Assembly (NCBI GenBank): GCA_029856155.1
Contig: JAHQWL010000007.1
Span: 1 to 64,000 of the forward strand
Source of the DNA: Promethearchaeia archaeon
GTDB lineage: Archaea > Asgardarchaeota > Lokiarchaeia > Sigyniarchaeales > SOKP01
Direction: 5' to 3'
Length of the DNA: 64,000 nucleotides
Below are positions 38,101 through 46,986 of this stretch, piece after piece. Below the pieces are notes generated by a model that was not told where the DNA came from, ran no database searches, and saw nothing but the letters and a program-made list of their open reading frames with translations. Within the stretch, counting starts at the first letter, position 1. Each line of letters opens with the position of its first letter. The translations under genes were made by a program, and so were the position numbers.

Positions 38101-39984
38101 ATATTGAGTATTCTTAGTCAGCTTAATTTGACGTGCAAAAACGTGTTTTCCAAGAGGATTTACTTGTGAACTTACTAAATTATCATCTATTGAACTATTA
38201 ACCTCAACTTTTCTTGTTAATGCCTCAATAGCAGATTGAATATTGATTCTTCCATATCCTTCATGAATATCTTTTAAACCACTTGTTAATGGAGCAAGAG
38301 ATAAAGATGGTGAATAGCCACTTTCATCAACTGTGGTTGTTGGGTCATCCTCTCTCTCAAGATTGGTTTCTGAAGCAGTCATTAGGAGAAATGCCTTTAA
38401 GTATGTGACCCATTTTGTTAAGTTTAAATTATTCCATTGATTCCAAGTATTCCATCTTGCTTCTATTAAAAGATTAATCGATGCCGAAACTATAGCTGTA
38501 GCAATTGAAGTTCCATAGGCAGGAGTAGCTTTATCATCTTCTTCGCCACCAGCAATTACTGAACGATGGTTAGGTATCTTGCTACCACCAGGAGCAACAA
38601 TATCTGGTTTAATAATACCATCAATTTCTTTTCCCATACTACTATAAGAGGTGACTTGATCTTCATCATTTATTGCTCCAACAACAATAGCATTTTTGTT
38701 CTCAGCTAATTTATTCAATGAATCAGATAATTCTATACCTGTATTCCCTGCTGCAATTACTACTAAGATACCTTCCTCTGTTACTTCATTTATTACAGAA
38801 TTTATTGCCCTTACATCTTCTCCTAAGGTGCCAATACTTAAACAAACACTGACAATATGATATTTACTTCTGTTTTGGATAACACTTGAGAGGGCAGTTA
38901 TTAAATCAGATGTGTATCCCATTCCAGATTGATTTAATATTTTATAAGCGACAATTTTAGTAGCATTTGCGATACCAGTAAAATGAGTTCTATTTTCTGT
39001 TTGAACTTCGGGAAAATAAGATATTTTAGAATTAAATGAAAAAGTTGGTTTAGTTTGAAGCTGCTTATGATATTTAAGATATAAATCATAAATTCCTAAA
39101 TTAAATAGGGTAAGTTTATGATTTAAAGTATAGTTAATATTAACAGTAAGATTATCTGTAGATTTAACTAAGGTACCATCTTTATATAATTCAAACCAGA
39201 AACCATCTATTCCACTAAGCCCCAAATTCCATGATGAGTTAATTAAAATGTCTGAATTTGCTTTTGAAGCCTTAAAGGAGAAGATTTTTACTGTATAATT
39301 ATTCGGGGCAGAAAACTCATCAAATAATTCTGTATGTGAATAATTTCCACTAATTTTAATTAATGAGGGACTAATTGAGTCATAAGGATCGGTACCAGTT
39401 CCAGAAATAACAGAAGATATGAAAGTTCCATGTCCATGATCATCTGATATTGACTGTGAATTTATAAAATTTTCCCAACCAATAATATTTCCACTTAAAA
39501 AATCATGAGTCGGATTAACTCCTGTATCTAATACTGCTATGGAAGAATTTGTATTACCTTTTAGCCCGTTTAAATACCAAGTAGAATTACTAGCTCCAGA
39601 TTGGATAGATGCATAATTCATTTGAGCTTCTAAAATCTCATCATTTTCTATATTTGCTTCAGGAAACTGAATTTGAAACTGAGTTAGATTTGTTTCAAGA
39701 GGCATATACCCCGCAAATCCTGAAATTGAGTCAAATTGATTATTCCATTCTTCTTTTATTGTTCCCCCATAATTTACAAAACTATTTTTTACTGTATCGC
39801 TATATGAGGAAGTATTAAAAAAAACGATAACATTCTTTTGATACGTATTTGAGAGTTTTAATTTAGTATAATTTTTACTGTCTTCTGGTAAATTAATTGA
39901 ATTTATTCCATTAAAATATAAACCCGATATTGAGATTAAAAAAATCACTAATAATATAATTGAATGAGTTTGTCTTTTTTTCAT
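35197..39984 (-). CDS. Membrane-anchored S8 (subtilisin-like) protease, multidomain, with cytoplasmic Cys-rich tail
   Basis: Signal peptide, I9-like prodomain, triad VLDTG / HGHGT / GTSIAT, oxyanion AAGN, beta-rich accessory domains, TM WGPYIIII..., then CKSC/CPVC/CENC/CKNKTC. Confidence 0.9.
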   Translation of the reverse strand: MKKRQTHSIILLVIFLISISGLYFNGINSINLPEDSKNYTKLKLSNTYQKNVIVFFNTSSYSDTVKNSFVNYGGTIKEEWNNQFDSISGFAGYMPLETNLTQFQIQFPEANIENDEILEAQMNYASIQSGASNSTWYLNGLKGNTNSSIAVLDTGVNPTHDFLSGNIIGWENFINSQSISDDHGHGTFISSVISGTGTDPYDSISPSLIKISGNYSHTELFDEFSAPNNYTVKIFSFKASKANSDILINSSWNLGLSGIDGFWFELYKDGTLVKSTDNLTVNINYTLNHKLTLFNLGIYDLYLKYHKQLQTKPTFSFNSKISYFPEVQTENRTHFTGIANATKIVAYKILNQSGMGYTSDLITALSSVIQNRSKYHIVSVCLSIGTLGEDVRAINSVINEVTEEGILVVIAAGNTGIELSDSLNKLAENKNAIVVGAINDEDQVTSYSSMGKEIDGIIKPDIVAPGGSKIPNHRSVIAGGEEDDKATPAYGTSIATAIVSASINLLIEARWNTWNQWNNLNLTKWVTYLKAFLLMTASETNLEREDDPTTTVDESGYSPSLSLAPLTSGLKDIHEGYGRINIQSAIEALTRKVEVNSSIDDNLVSSQVNPLGKHVFARQIKLTKNTQYVFNLDVSNFFANFDMFLYSNRSDQYGEPILLESSRKMFGNFTYFYFTPKVDQTNCVIVIKAVSGSSDFTLNISTVENHFKPELGIPEISYIGGSKNITIMSLQEFMGNEPKKNYSIDSYRFYIEYYDNDSSNVPPQEVYVSIIETSENYTLTQYYPPDNNYTDGALFISDYIQFPKPGLYHYFFTASDGKFKTKYPETQYLNITIEFPTDSIQFPYQYSFNEGFGNWSYTGTGWKLLKQSNEIDNRSRIYENLWNSLYFGTYHNYPRNYTYQPISLTADPFPNGSLISPLFNLTNVNENTTNPYVKFGLRTSINAGDFIFLQINLNWTGWITLRTYTDIEDEWFLEEINLTQFIGNFIQFRFQTNLDDTSDSRNYKGFIIDYFAIENYTNQNSPSIYFNLNKDISSTQDSKYQKYTFSCEYFDLDNNYPNFIYLEMSNVNYTMYNIFGDWNASSNILGDHGIYFIKSLLLEEISNQSFRFHVSDGLNIITTSWYNKNNSLFEFINPNPLQFNTYMDNKYIGYNFSNTDLSNYYVSGTPPPKEATAWFRGDNTWHPIIRYGNPLLYGGIGLSYGGVEQGYGPNWNISLVTHPLHLESEYKVYLEFDYEISLQNEYYQPTDQLDKCIVSLSKDFGETWIVLKEFTYDSEDLFGSSKIDISKYSNEDIMIKFTLDSNNNVIGLGYGWLLSNIYIGYDKSTDFIHPEIQIINPTPDITVKSKILITANITDNIGLDESRIYIYLNGKSVDRNKLTFNSTTHILEFNWDTKKYNDGTYEVKVVAFDIEGNIGEELIIVNVNNMKWWSTWGPYIIIIASVIVIGILIYIISEKKGKIWIGRIKDSRAEKIRMKEIDKNQVIKRIELIQHEEELARPLTLYCKSCRSWFSSTKFDFMCPVCEHDQIYSAYLCENCKKWYFKDEPGENYYCKNKTCEGVRLIRREREEIREILAKEGKVLKKFKSKKKKFSILDI

Positions 39985-42900
39985 CTCGTTTCTCCTATAT
40001 TTGATTCAAAATTAATTATTTTTTCTTTAGATTTATCAGATAAACCATGCAACCTTTCTCTTAATGTGTGTTCTATTTTGAGTATTGTTTCTCTTGAACT
40101 GAGTTCGAAAAGTGATACTTCAGATCTTTCAAATTCGATTCTTTTCTTTTTATATTTTTTAATTTGCCAGAAATATATATTTAAAATAATAAATACAGAT
40201 AAAATTGGCAATCCTATATAAAAATATTGTCTAATTTTAGGAGTAATAATTTTAATTATAAGACTATTTGACGTGTCTTGAATTTCGTGTAAGTAGTAAT
40301 ATTTTATAAAAGCAGGTTTTAAACTTACAAGAGCTTGCCTTTTTGCTCTTAGAGTATAGTTAAAAGTAACCTTCTCACCTGGCTCTAAAGAATCAATGAA
40401 ATTAACTAATTTTCCTGATAATAATGAAAAATCTAATTGGGAATAACTAATCATATCATTAACTCTAATATTATCAATGGTTATTGTTCCTGTATTTTCA
40501 ACTGTGATCTTTACAGTTATAATATTTCCAACTTCAATTTGCTCTTTATTCACATTTTTAATTATTGAAAAATTAATTATTCCTATTATTTTAGGTGAAG
40601 AAGAATAAATCTGTAACGTCCTGCTTTCAGAGCTTTCAATAAAATTAATAGGAGGATAATAGTATCCCCTCCATCCTATCTTTTTTAAAGTAATATTAAA
40701 AGAAATTTGTTCATTATAGGCAATATCAATAAAATGAAATGTAATATTTTCTAATCTCTTTAAATCTCCAAATTGATCACTTAAAGATATGTTGAGATCT
40801 GGTATATTAAATCCGTTTGGTCCTATATTTTTAATATTTACTGTAAGATTGAATATATCTCCTATAGCAGGAGCATCATCAATATCTTTATAGCTTATCT
40901 CAATAGTTCTAACCATTGGAAAAAAATTTTCATAATCTACGGGAGCAGAAATATAAATCTCATTAGATTGACTTTCAATTCTGGAAGCATTTCCCCCCTC
41001 AATATTAAGTGGATTATTGTAAAAAATTGAAACTTCGCTGATAGAAATGGAATTAGGAACATAAAATGTAAAATATATAGTCTTTTCTTCAGAAGGTGCT
41101 AGTTTTGAGAGATAATATGTTAAGTTATTGTTTTGAAGTGTAAAATTATTGAGATTTTCAATTATCCCAGGTATTAATAAAGAAATAGTGACATTTTCAG
41201 CAATAGTAGAACCAATATTCTTAAAAATAAGAGTATATGTATTTAATTCTCCTGGATTTGTACTGTAATTTGATAGATGTGAAGTAGCTATTATCGAAGC
41301 TGCGTCATAAGTACTCAGAGGAATTGAATTAGATCGTCGTTCAAATTGAACATTCCCCGTTGAAGAACGATATATCACTCTAGATCCTAAATCATCATTA
41401 ATATTAATATCTCTTGTAGAAAATTCAATGTCCAGATCATTGATTGAAATATTAAACTGTTCGGAATCAGTACACATGATTTTAATTATAGCTGTATAAT
41501 TTTGATTATCTAATGGATAAAAAAGCCAATCAAGACTTTCATTAAAGCTAACAATTGAATACGTCCAAGTATTATTTTGAATTGAATCTAAATACGGGTT
41601 CATGTCTAGAAACTCTTCACTCCTAAAATCAAAAATTTCAAAAGTGATAGATTCAATATTTTCCGAGACGTTAAAATCGATTATGAAAGATACACTTTCT
41701 AGAGTGTTATTAATAAAATCAATCTTAGTTTCATTTTTAAAAAGAAAATTAATCTCAACTACTTCTTCTAAGTAATTTTCAATTGAACTAATAATCCAAC
41801 TATTATTATCATCACTTAAAGCCATTTCTGGGATAGTTCCATCAATGGGGGTACCAGAAACAATCTCCGGTGTTTTGGGCGAAGTATCAATTGAAAAATT
41901 ATTTCTAAAAAAAGGAGTAAATGAATCTAAGTTCGAAATAGAATAATTATCAATTTTGTATGATATTTTCTCTCCAGGATCTAACTTCCAATTATCATCA
42001 TTCCAAACACTCTCTTCATTAGTAAAAAATTCTTTTACGGTTTCTTCTGTAAAAATAGTGAAATAACCCGGATTTGTGTCAGCAATAATATCAATAATAT
42101 AGTCAGCATCCTCATTGTAAGGCCATAAATTTGTAATATTAAAGATATCTGGATAAAATGTATCATAAATTCCTACACCATACGAATCAAAATAAAAAAT
42201 ACGAGGATCTTCATCATAATTAAAAAAATCCTCTAAGGATTCATATTGGTTTGGATATTCAATATTTATTATATCCCACATATCATTTTTTAAATTTTCC
42301 CAAAAAAAGGGACTTGCTATTTGGAGAAAGTTGTCAAGTTCCAAAGGAACTGCCGTAGGAACCCCCCACGCAGTCACATTCCCAATATTTTCTGCTGATA
42401 TATAATAAGCAAAATTTCGAAAGGCACCGTATGAGGCATTTTCTCCAATTAGCTCTTTTTTGAGTAATAAATTTGGTTCTAAATTAGAAATATTATAGGT
42501 TATTGTGAAATCTCCTATTGGATCTATTATCCCCGTTGGAATATAAGAAAAGCCTTGAAAACCTATTTGTTGTAGCATATTCACAATATCAGTCGGATCC
42601 TCCCTATTTACCGGTTTAACAAACGATTGCTTAATTCCTCCATCATCTACCCAAAATAATTCAAATGAATAATTTTCAAGGTTTTCTTGATCAAATTCAA
42701 TGCCAGCAAGATATAGTAGTAACCCAATTTGTTCTAAGAGATAATCATAAAAATCATAGAATAATGGAGTTGCATCAATGATTTCTGAGCATAAAATATT
42801 TATATTAATTTCACTCATTAAAGCTCCTGTTAAAGCTATATATATCTTTTCACTTGGGGTTAGTGGGCTACCTTGATAGCCTAAAGCTTCCCATAAATTG

Positions 42901-43907
42901 AATTTGTATTGATTTTTTCCAATCTTTTGAATACCTTTACTTAATCCTTCATATTGAATTGATATACTTGTATAATGAGAGTCATTTCTAAGGGTAAATG
43001 CACTAAATAGATCAACAAATTGTTCTAATTCATCTTCTGAAATTGTAGCATTGACAATATCTCCATAATTCTCTACTGCAACTTCTAATTGATCGATTAG
43101 ATTTTCCATTTCTAACCCTTCTAAGAAAGATAAATCTAAAGAATCAATATTAAAATTCACTTGATCTGTAGATACGTCAAAATCTCCCTCAAAAAAATCC
43201 AGGGAATTTAGAAGCATGAATGTCGAAGAAATATGATAATTTTCAAAATATTCTTGGCTGGTCAAGCGATTAATATCCAAAGCTTTCCAATATCCATCCA
43301 TAGGGAAATTATCAGTAAGTTCCTTGAACAAGCAATTCCAATTTGGGCAAGATCCAATAAAAGGGAAAAAATTAGGTTCAGATGCATTTAGCATTATAAG
43401 ATCAATCTTAAATTTTCTTCTAATTATTTCAAGTGCTCTTTCTGCTCTTAAACTAGCATCTTCACTATTCACGTCCTTATCATAATATAGGAATCCAGCA
43501 AAACTATTGAAACCTGTTATATAGTGAGAAGGAATCTTACTCTCAGTTAAAATTGATGGAAATATTGCAGGATTAATACCATTTGAAGCACTAATAATTA
43601 TATTACATTTATAAAAAGCTGGATCATTTGAATCAAATTGAGAAAGAATATTTGTATCATTTGTGAAAAGCGATTGCTTTATTATAGATTTATTCCCAGC
43701 TACAAATGCATCAATTTTCTCCGCATAAAGATCTGATCCTGCAATATCAGAAGATTTTAACTTATCTTCACTCAACTGTGATTTATTTTCTTTTTCTGTT
43801 ATATTATTACTATTATTATTATCTATAACTGAAGCTAAAGGAGTAAGAAAAACTAGTATAAATAGAATAAAAATTATCATCAACCCTTTTATTTTAATTT
43901 CTTTCAC
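39981..43907 (-). CDS. Large membrane-anchored surface glycoprotein with DUF11/COG1361/TRAP-beta-like Ig domains
   Basis: Signal peptide, repeated Ig-like (K/E)N(I/T)G...L.P.E motifs, C-terminal TM plus basic tail. Likely GTG start at 43907; the track start 43937 overlaps the upstream gene. Its TGA overlaps the protease ATG. Confidence 0.8.
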   Translation of the reverse strand: MKEIKIKGLMIIFILFILVFLTPLASVIDNNNSNNITEKENKSQLSEDKLKSSDIAGSDLYAEKIDAFVAGNKSIIKQSLFTNDTNILSQFDSNDPAFYKCNIIISASNGINPAIFPSILTESKIPSHYITGFNSFAGFLYYDKDVNSEDASLRAERALEIIRRKFKIDLIMLNASEPNFFPFIGSCPNWNCLFKELTDNFPMDGYWKALDINRLTSQEYFENYHISSTFMLLNSLDFFEGDFDVSTDQVNFNIDSLDLSFLEGLEMENLIDQLEVAVENYGDIVNATISEDELEQFVDLFSAFTLRNDSHYTSISIQYEGLSKGIQKIGKNQYKFNLWEALGYQGSPLTPSEKIYIALTGALMSEININILCSEIIDATPLFYDFYDYLLEQIGLLLYLAGIEFDQENLENYSFELFWVDDGGIKQSFVKPVNREDPTDIVNMLQQIGFQGFSYIPTGIIDPIGDFTITYNISNLEPNLLLKKELIGENASYGAFRNFAYYISAENIGNVTAWGVPTAVPLELDNFLQIASPFFWENLKNDMWDIINIEYPNQYESLEDFFNYDEDPRIFYFDSYGVGIYDTFYPDIFNITNLWPYNEDADYIIDIIADTNPGYFTIFTEETVKEFFTNEESVWNDDNWKLDPGEKISYKIDNYSISNLDSFTPFFRNNFSIDTSPKTPEIVSGTPIDGTIPEMALSDDNNSWIISSIENYLEEVVEINFLFKNETKIDFINNTLESVSFIIDFNVSENIESITFEIFDFRSEEFLDMNPYLDSIQNNTWTYSIVSFNESLDWLFYPLDNQNYTAIIKIMCTDSEQFNISINDLDIEFSTRDININDDLGSRVIYRSSTGNVQFERRSNSIPLSTYDAASIIATSHLSNYSTNPGELNTYTLIFKNIGSTIAENVTISLLIPGIIENLNNFTLQNNNLTYYLSKLAPSEEKTIYFTFYVPNSISISEVSIFYNNPLNIEGGNASRIESQSNEIYISAPVDYENFFPMVRTIEISYKDIDDAPAIGDIFNLTVNIKNIGPNGFNIPDLNISLSDQFGDLKRLENITFHFIDIAYNEQISFNITLKKIGWRGYYYPPINFIESSESRTLQIYSSSPKIIGIINFSIIKNVNKEQIEVGNIITVKITVENTGTITIDNIRVNDMISYSQLDFSLLSGKLVNFIDSLEPGEKVTFNYTLRAKRQALVSLKPAFIKYYYLHEIQDTSNSLIIKIITPKIRQYFYIGLPILSVFIILNIYFWQIKKYKKKRIEFERSEVSLFELSSRETILKIEHTLRERLHGLSDKSKEKIINFESNIGETR

Positions 43908-43911
43908 CCCT

Positions 43912-46900
43912 TTACATTGTTTCTCTATAAATTTCAACTATTTTTTGTTTTTTAGCTTTTCTTAACAATATTTTCATTCCGGAAAAGATCATAATGACCG
44001 AAAGTAAATATATTAGTATTATATTAAACCATGGTATATAAAGAACGGTAGGCATCCCCACAAGTGTTCCCAATAAATTCCAAGAGACCAACCAACTAGT
44101 TAACCATCCTATAACTATGCCTATGGTTCCACTACTAAGCATAATTATTAAAGATTCAATTATAAATAAGCGATCAATATCTTTACCTTTCAAACCAAGA
44201 GTTCGAACTATACCGATCTCTTTCTTCCTTTCAATTATCGTTGAATAAGATGAAGAAAGCAGACCAAAAATACAAATAAATACTGTAGTAAGAGCTATAA
44301 GAGTAAACAGAGTATCCAATACAGAAAATGCGGATTCTTGTTGTGCTATCATTCTTGCTAAATTGGATATTTCATAATTATAATCCGCTTGAAAATTCTC
44401 TTCAATTATTTCCTCAATATTATGTGCTTCTGATAATTTATCCTCTCGAAGTTTTATGAAAATTCTATCTAAATATGGGACAGGAGGAATATCCATTATT
44501 TCTATATAAGTTGTTTGAGAAATTAACACCCCTCCTCTTGAGGATCCCATGCTAGAACCCCTAAATTCTCGAGAAAACCCCGGCATACTTTTTGCTGTTC
44601 CTGAAATTATGAAAGGATACACTTCTAATTCATCTCCTCTCTGGATTACAATTCTAACTTTATCACCAATTAATAAAGACATATCTAAGGCTATTGCTTC
44701 AGAAATAATACAATTATATGTTTGGTTATTGTAAAACAACGCATTAAATGAGTTAGTTACCGTTCCAGATGTCATTTCTATAAATTCATTTCTCACAGTA
44801 AAAGGATATTCCTCATCAATTCCAATAAGAGTTATTTCTTGTGTGCTTAATCCCGCAAAATCCCCAATTTCTGCTATAAATTCTTTATCCTCTTCAGCAT
44901 AAATTTGATTTAATTGATCAGTTCTAGCTAACACTGAAGAAACTTTCTCAATGCCGTCAATTGCTAATAAATCCTCTTCAAATTCCGTAGTCATGATTCT
45001 ATTTGGATTAATCGAATCAAGATTGTATTGAATGCTAAACGAGTCTATACTGTATAGTTCTGCAGCATCGTCAGCAACCATCATACCAAAACCTCCACCT
45101 CCAAATCCATCTCCAAATCCACCTCCAAACCCACCGTCAGATTCTTCCCATCCAGTAGTTTCAATCAATATATCTGATCCATATCTTAATTTTGTTGATG
45201 CGCCAACTTGTGCTGACAGAGTATTAACAAGGGATGACGTAAAAATAACAAAAGAGAAAGATAATGCGAATATCATTACTGTACTTGAATTTCTACGATG
45301 ATACCGAAAGACAAAAATCTTAATAACGTTATGTAATCTTCTTGATAATGGTCTGAATAATTGAATCATAAGCCTTAATATCACGGGAGTTAAGCCTAGT
45401 CCAGCAAGAGTTAAACCAATATTAAATATAAGTAAAATTGCTACCAATGTAGCAGCAAATAGAGTCATATCAGTCCCAACCATAATTCTTGGTATAACAT
45501 AAAATACAAATCCACCATTGAATGCTAAGATTAATCCTGCTAGGATTAACTTGTAATTTACTGATGCTTTCTTTTGCAGATGATATAATGTATCCTCATG
45601 ACGATATGGATGAATTGATTCAATTAATTGAAGGCGCATTACTTTATAAGCCGGAGCGATACTCACAATCATTCCCACACTAATACCCATAATATATGAT
45701 AGCATAACAGACCACCAAGTGAAAGAGAATGGAATTGTACCTAAACCTAATACACTGCCAGAAACCACAGTATTTGCAAAAGGTATTATTACATATATGG
45801 AGAGAATAAAGGCAGTTATTATGCCTGAAATAGCTCCAAAATTACATAATAGAAAGCCTTGCATCAATACTATAGCAAGATTATATTTTTTATTCGCACC
45901 TAAAGTACGAAATATCCCAAATTCGCGAATTCGCTCCTCCACCGAGGTTTTTAATATTCCATTGATGAGAACACCTGAAATTAACATTGCTACTATTGAA
46001 ACAAATACAAAAACAATTATTATAAAAATGCTTAAAAATTCAGCCCAAGATAACGCTCTTAACTTAGGTAAATCAATATTATATTCATTAATACCTATTG
46101 CAATTTGAATATCATTAACAATATTTTTAACATTAATCGTAGCTGCTTCAATACTCCTAATATCGTAGAGTTTACTAGAGTCTTTAAAAGTTAATATCAA
46201 ATCGCTACATCTACCCTTAAATTCCTCATACCCAAATATTTGGTACAGCGTATTAATATCTACTATAATTAAATTCCTATCACGATACCCCGCAGACCAC
46301 TTTAAATTGAAATCAAAGATTTTATCAATTATTAAGGTTTTTGTTAGATTCAATGTTGTATCTCCATGCGTTAATTCCATAAATATTGTAATGTTATCAC
46401 CTTCAGCATATTTGATAATATCATTAAATTCATAATAGATTGCACAATGATTTGAAGGTAATTCCGCTATATTAAGTAATTCATTAAATACTGGATTTAC
46501 AAATGTCCCAAAATTTATATCATTTTCAAAAGAAAAATTAATTGCTGATATTGTACACGATTCTTCTTCATCTAGGAGATTAGTGGTATGGAATCCCTCG
46601 GAAATATTAACAGATCCCGTTATTTCCATTCTCGGGATAAAATTCTCTGCAATACTAGTTGAAGATTGAATAGTCTCAATTACAGGTTCATACTCAAAAT
46701 AAGATGATCTATTACTTGGTTCGTCATAATAATGTCTTACAGAGATAACAGCATCTTGATTACCCGCTTCAATAGTAAGATAATCTGCATACCCTATTGA
46801 AATAGAATCTGATAAGAATAATACGACAGTTAATAAGCCAATGGAAATTAACATTCCTATAATTGCTAATAACGTTCTAATCTTTTGTTTACTTAAATCT

Positions 46901-46947
46901 TGGAATGCATATTTAAAAATTAGCTTTATTTGTGTCATATGACTCAA
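43912..46947 (-). CDS. Second FtsX/MacB-type ABC permease, paralog of 32190..35165
   Basis: EERIREFGIFRTLG and IERKKEIGIVRTLG; same 4+2+4 TM layout. ATG 46938 is an alternative start. Confidence 0.9.
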   Translation of the reverse strand: MSHMTQIKLIFKYAFQDLSKQKIRTLLAIIGMLISIGLLTVVLFLSDSISIGYADYLTIEAGNQDAVISVRHYYDEPSNRSSYFEYEPVIETIQSSTSIAENFIPRMEITGSVNISEGFHTTNLLDEEESCTISAINFSFENDINFGTFVNPVFNELLNIAELPSNHCAIYYEFNDIIKYAEGDNITIFMELTHGDTTLNLTKTLIIDKIFDFNLKWSAGYRDRNLIIVDINTLYQIFGYEEFKGRCSDLILTFKDSSKLYDIRSIEAATINVKNIVNDIQIAIGINEYNIDLPKLRALSWAEFLSIFIIIVFVFVSIVAMLISGVLINGILKTSVEERIREFGIFRTLGANKKYNLAIVLMQGFLLCNFGAISGIITAFILSIYVIIPFANTVVSGSVLGLGTIPFSFTWWSVMLSYIMGISVGMIVSIAPAYKVMRLQLIESIHPYRHEDTLYHLQKKASVNYKLILAGLILAFNGGFVFYVIPRIMVGTDMTLFAATLVAILLIFNIGLTLAGLGLTPVILRLMIQLFRPLSRRLHNVIKIFVFRYHRRNSSTVMIFALSFSFVIFTSSLVNTLSAQVGASTKLRYGSDILIETTGWEESDGGFGGGFGDGFGGGGFGMMVADDAAELYSIDSFSIQYNLDSINPNRIMTTEFEEDLLAIDGIEKVSSVLARTDQLNQIYAEEDKEFIAEIGDFAGLSTQEITLIGIDEEYPFTVRNEFIEMTSGTVTNSFNALFYNNQTYNCIISEAIALDMSLLIGDKVRIVIQRGDELEVYPFIISGTAKSMPGFSREFRGSSMGSSRGGVLISQTTYIEIMDIPPVPYLDRIFIKLREDKLSEAHNIEEIIEENFQADYNYEISNLARMIAQQESAFSVLDTLFTLIALTTVFICIFGLLSSSYSTIIERKKEIGIVRTLGLKGKDIDRLFIIESLIIMLSSGTIGIVIGWLTSWLVSWNLLGTLVGMPTVLYIPWFNIILIYLLSVIMIFSGMKILLRKAKKQKIVEIYRETM
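45095..45130. repeat. 3x 12-bp tandem repeat encoding GGFG-like units in the permease
   Basis: ccacctccaaat ccatctccaaat ccacctccaaac, within DGGFGGGFGDGFGGGGFGMM. Confidence 0.75.
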
Positions 46948-46986
46948 AATAATTTAGATTCTTATTTGATCCTCATTTATGAAATC

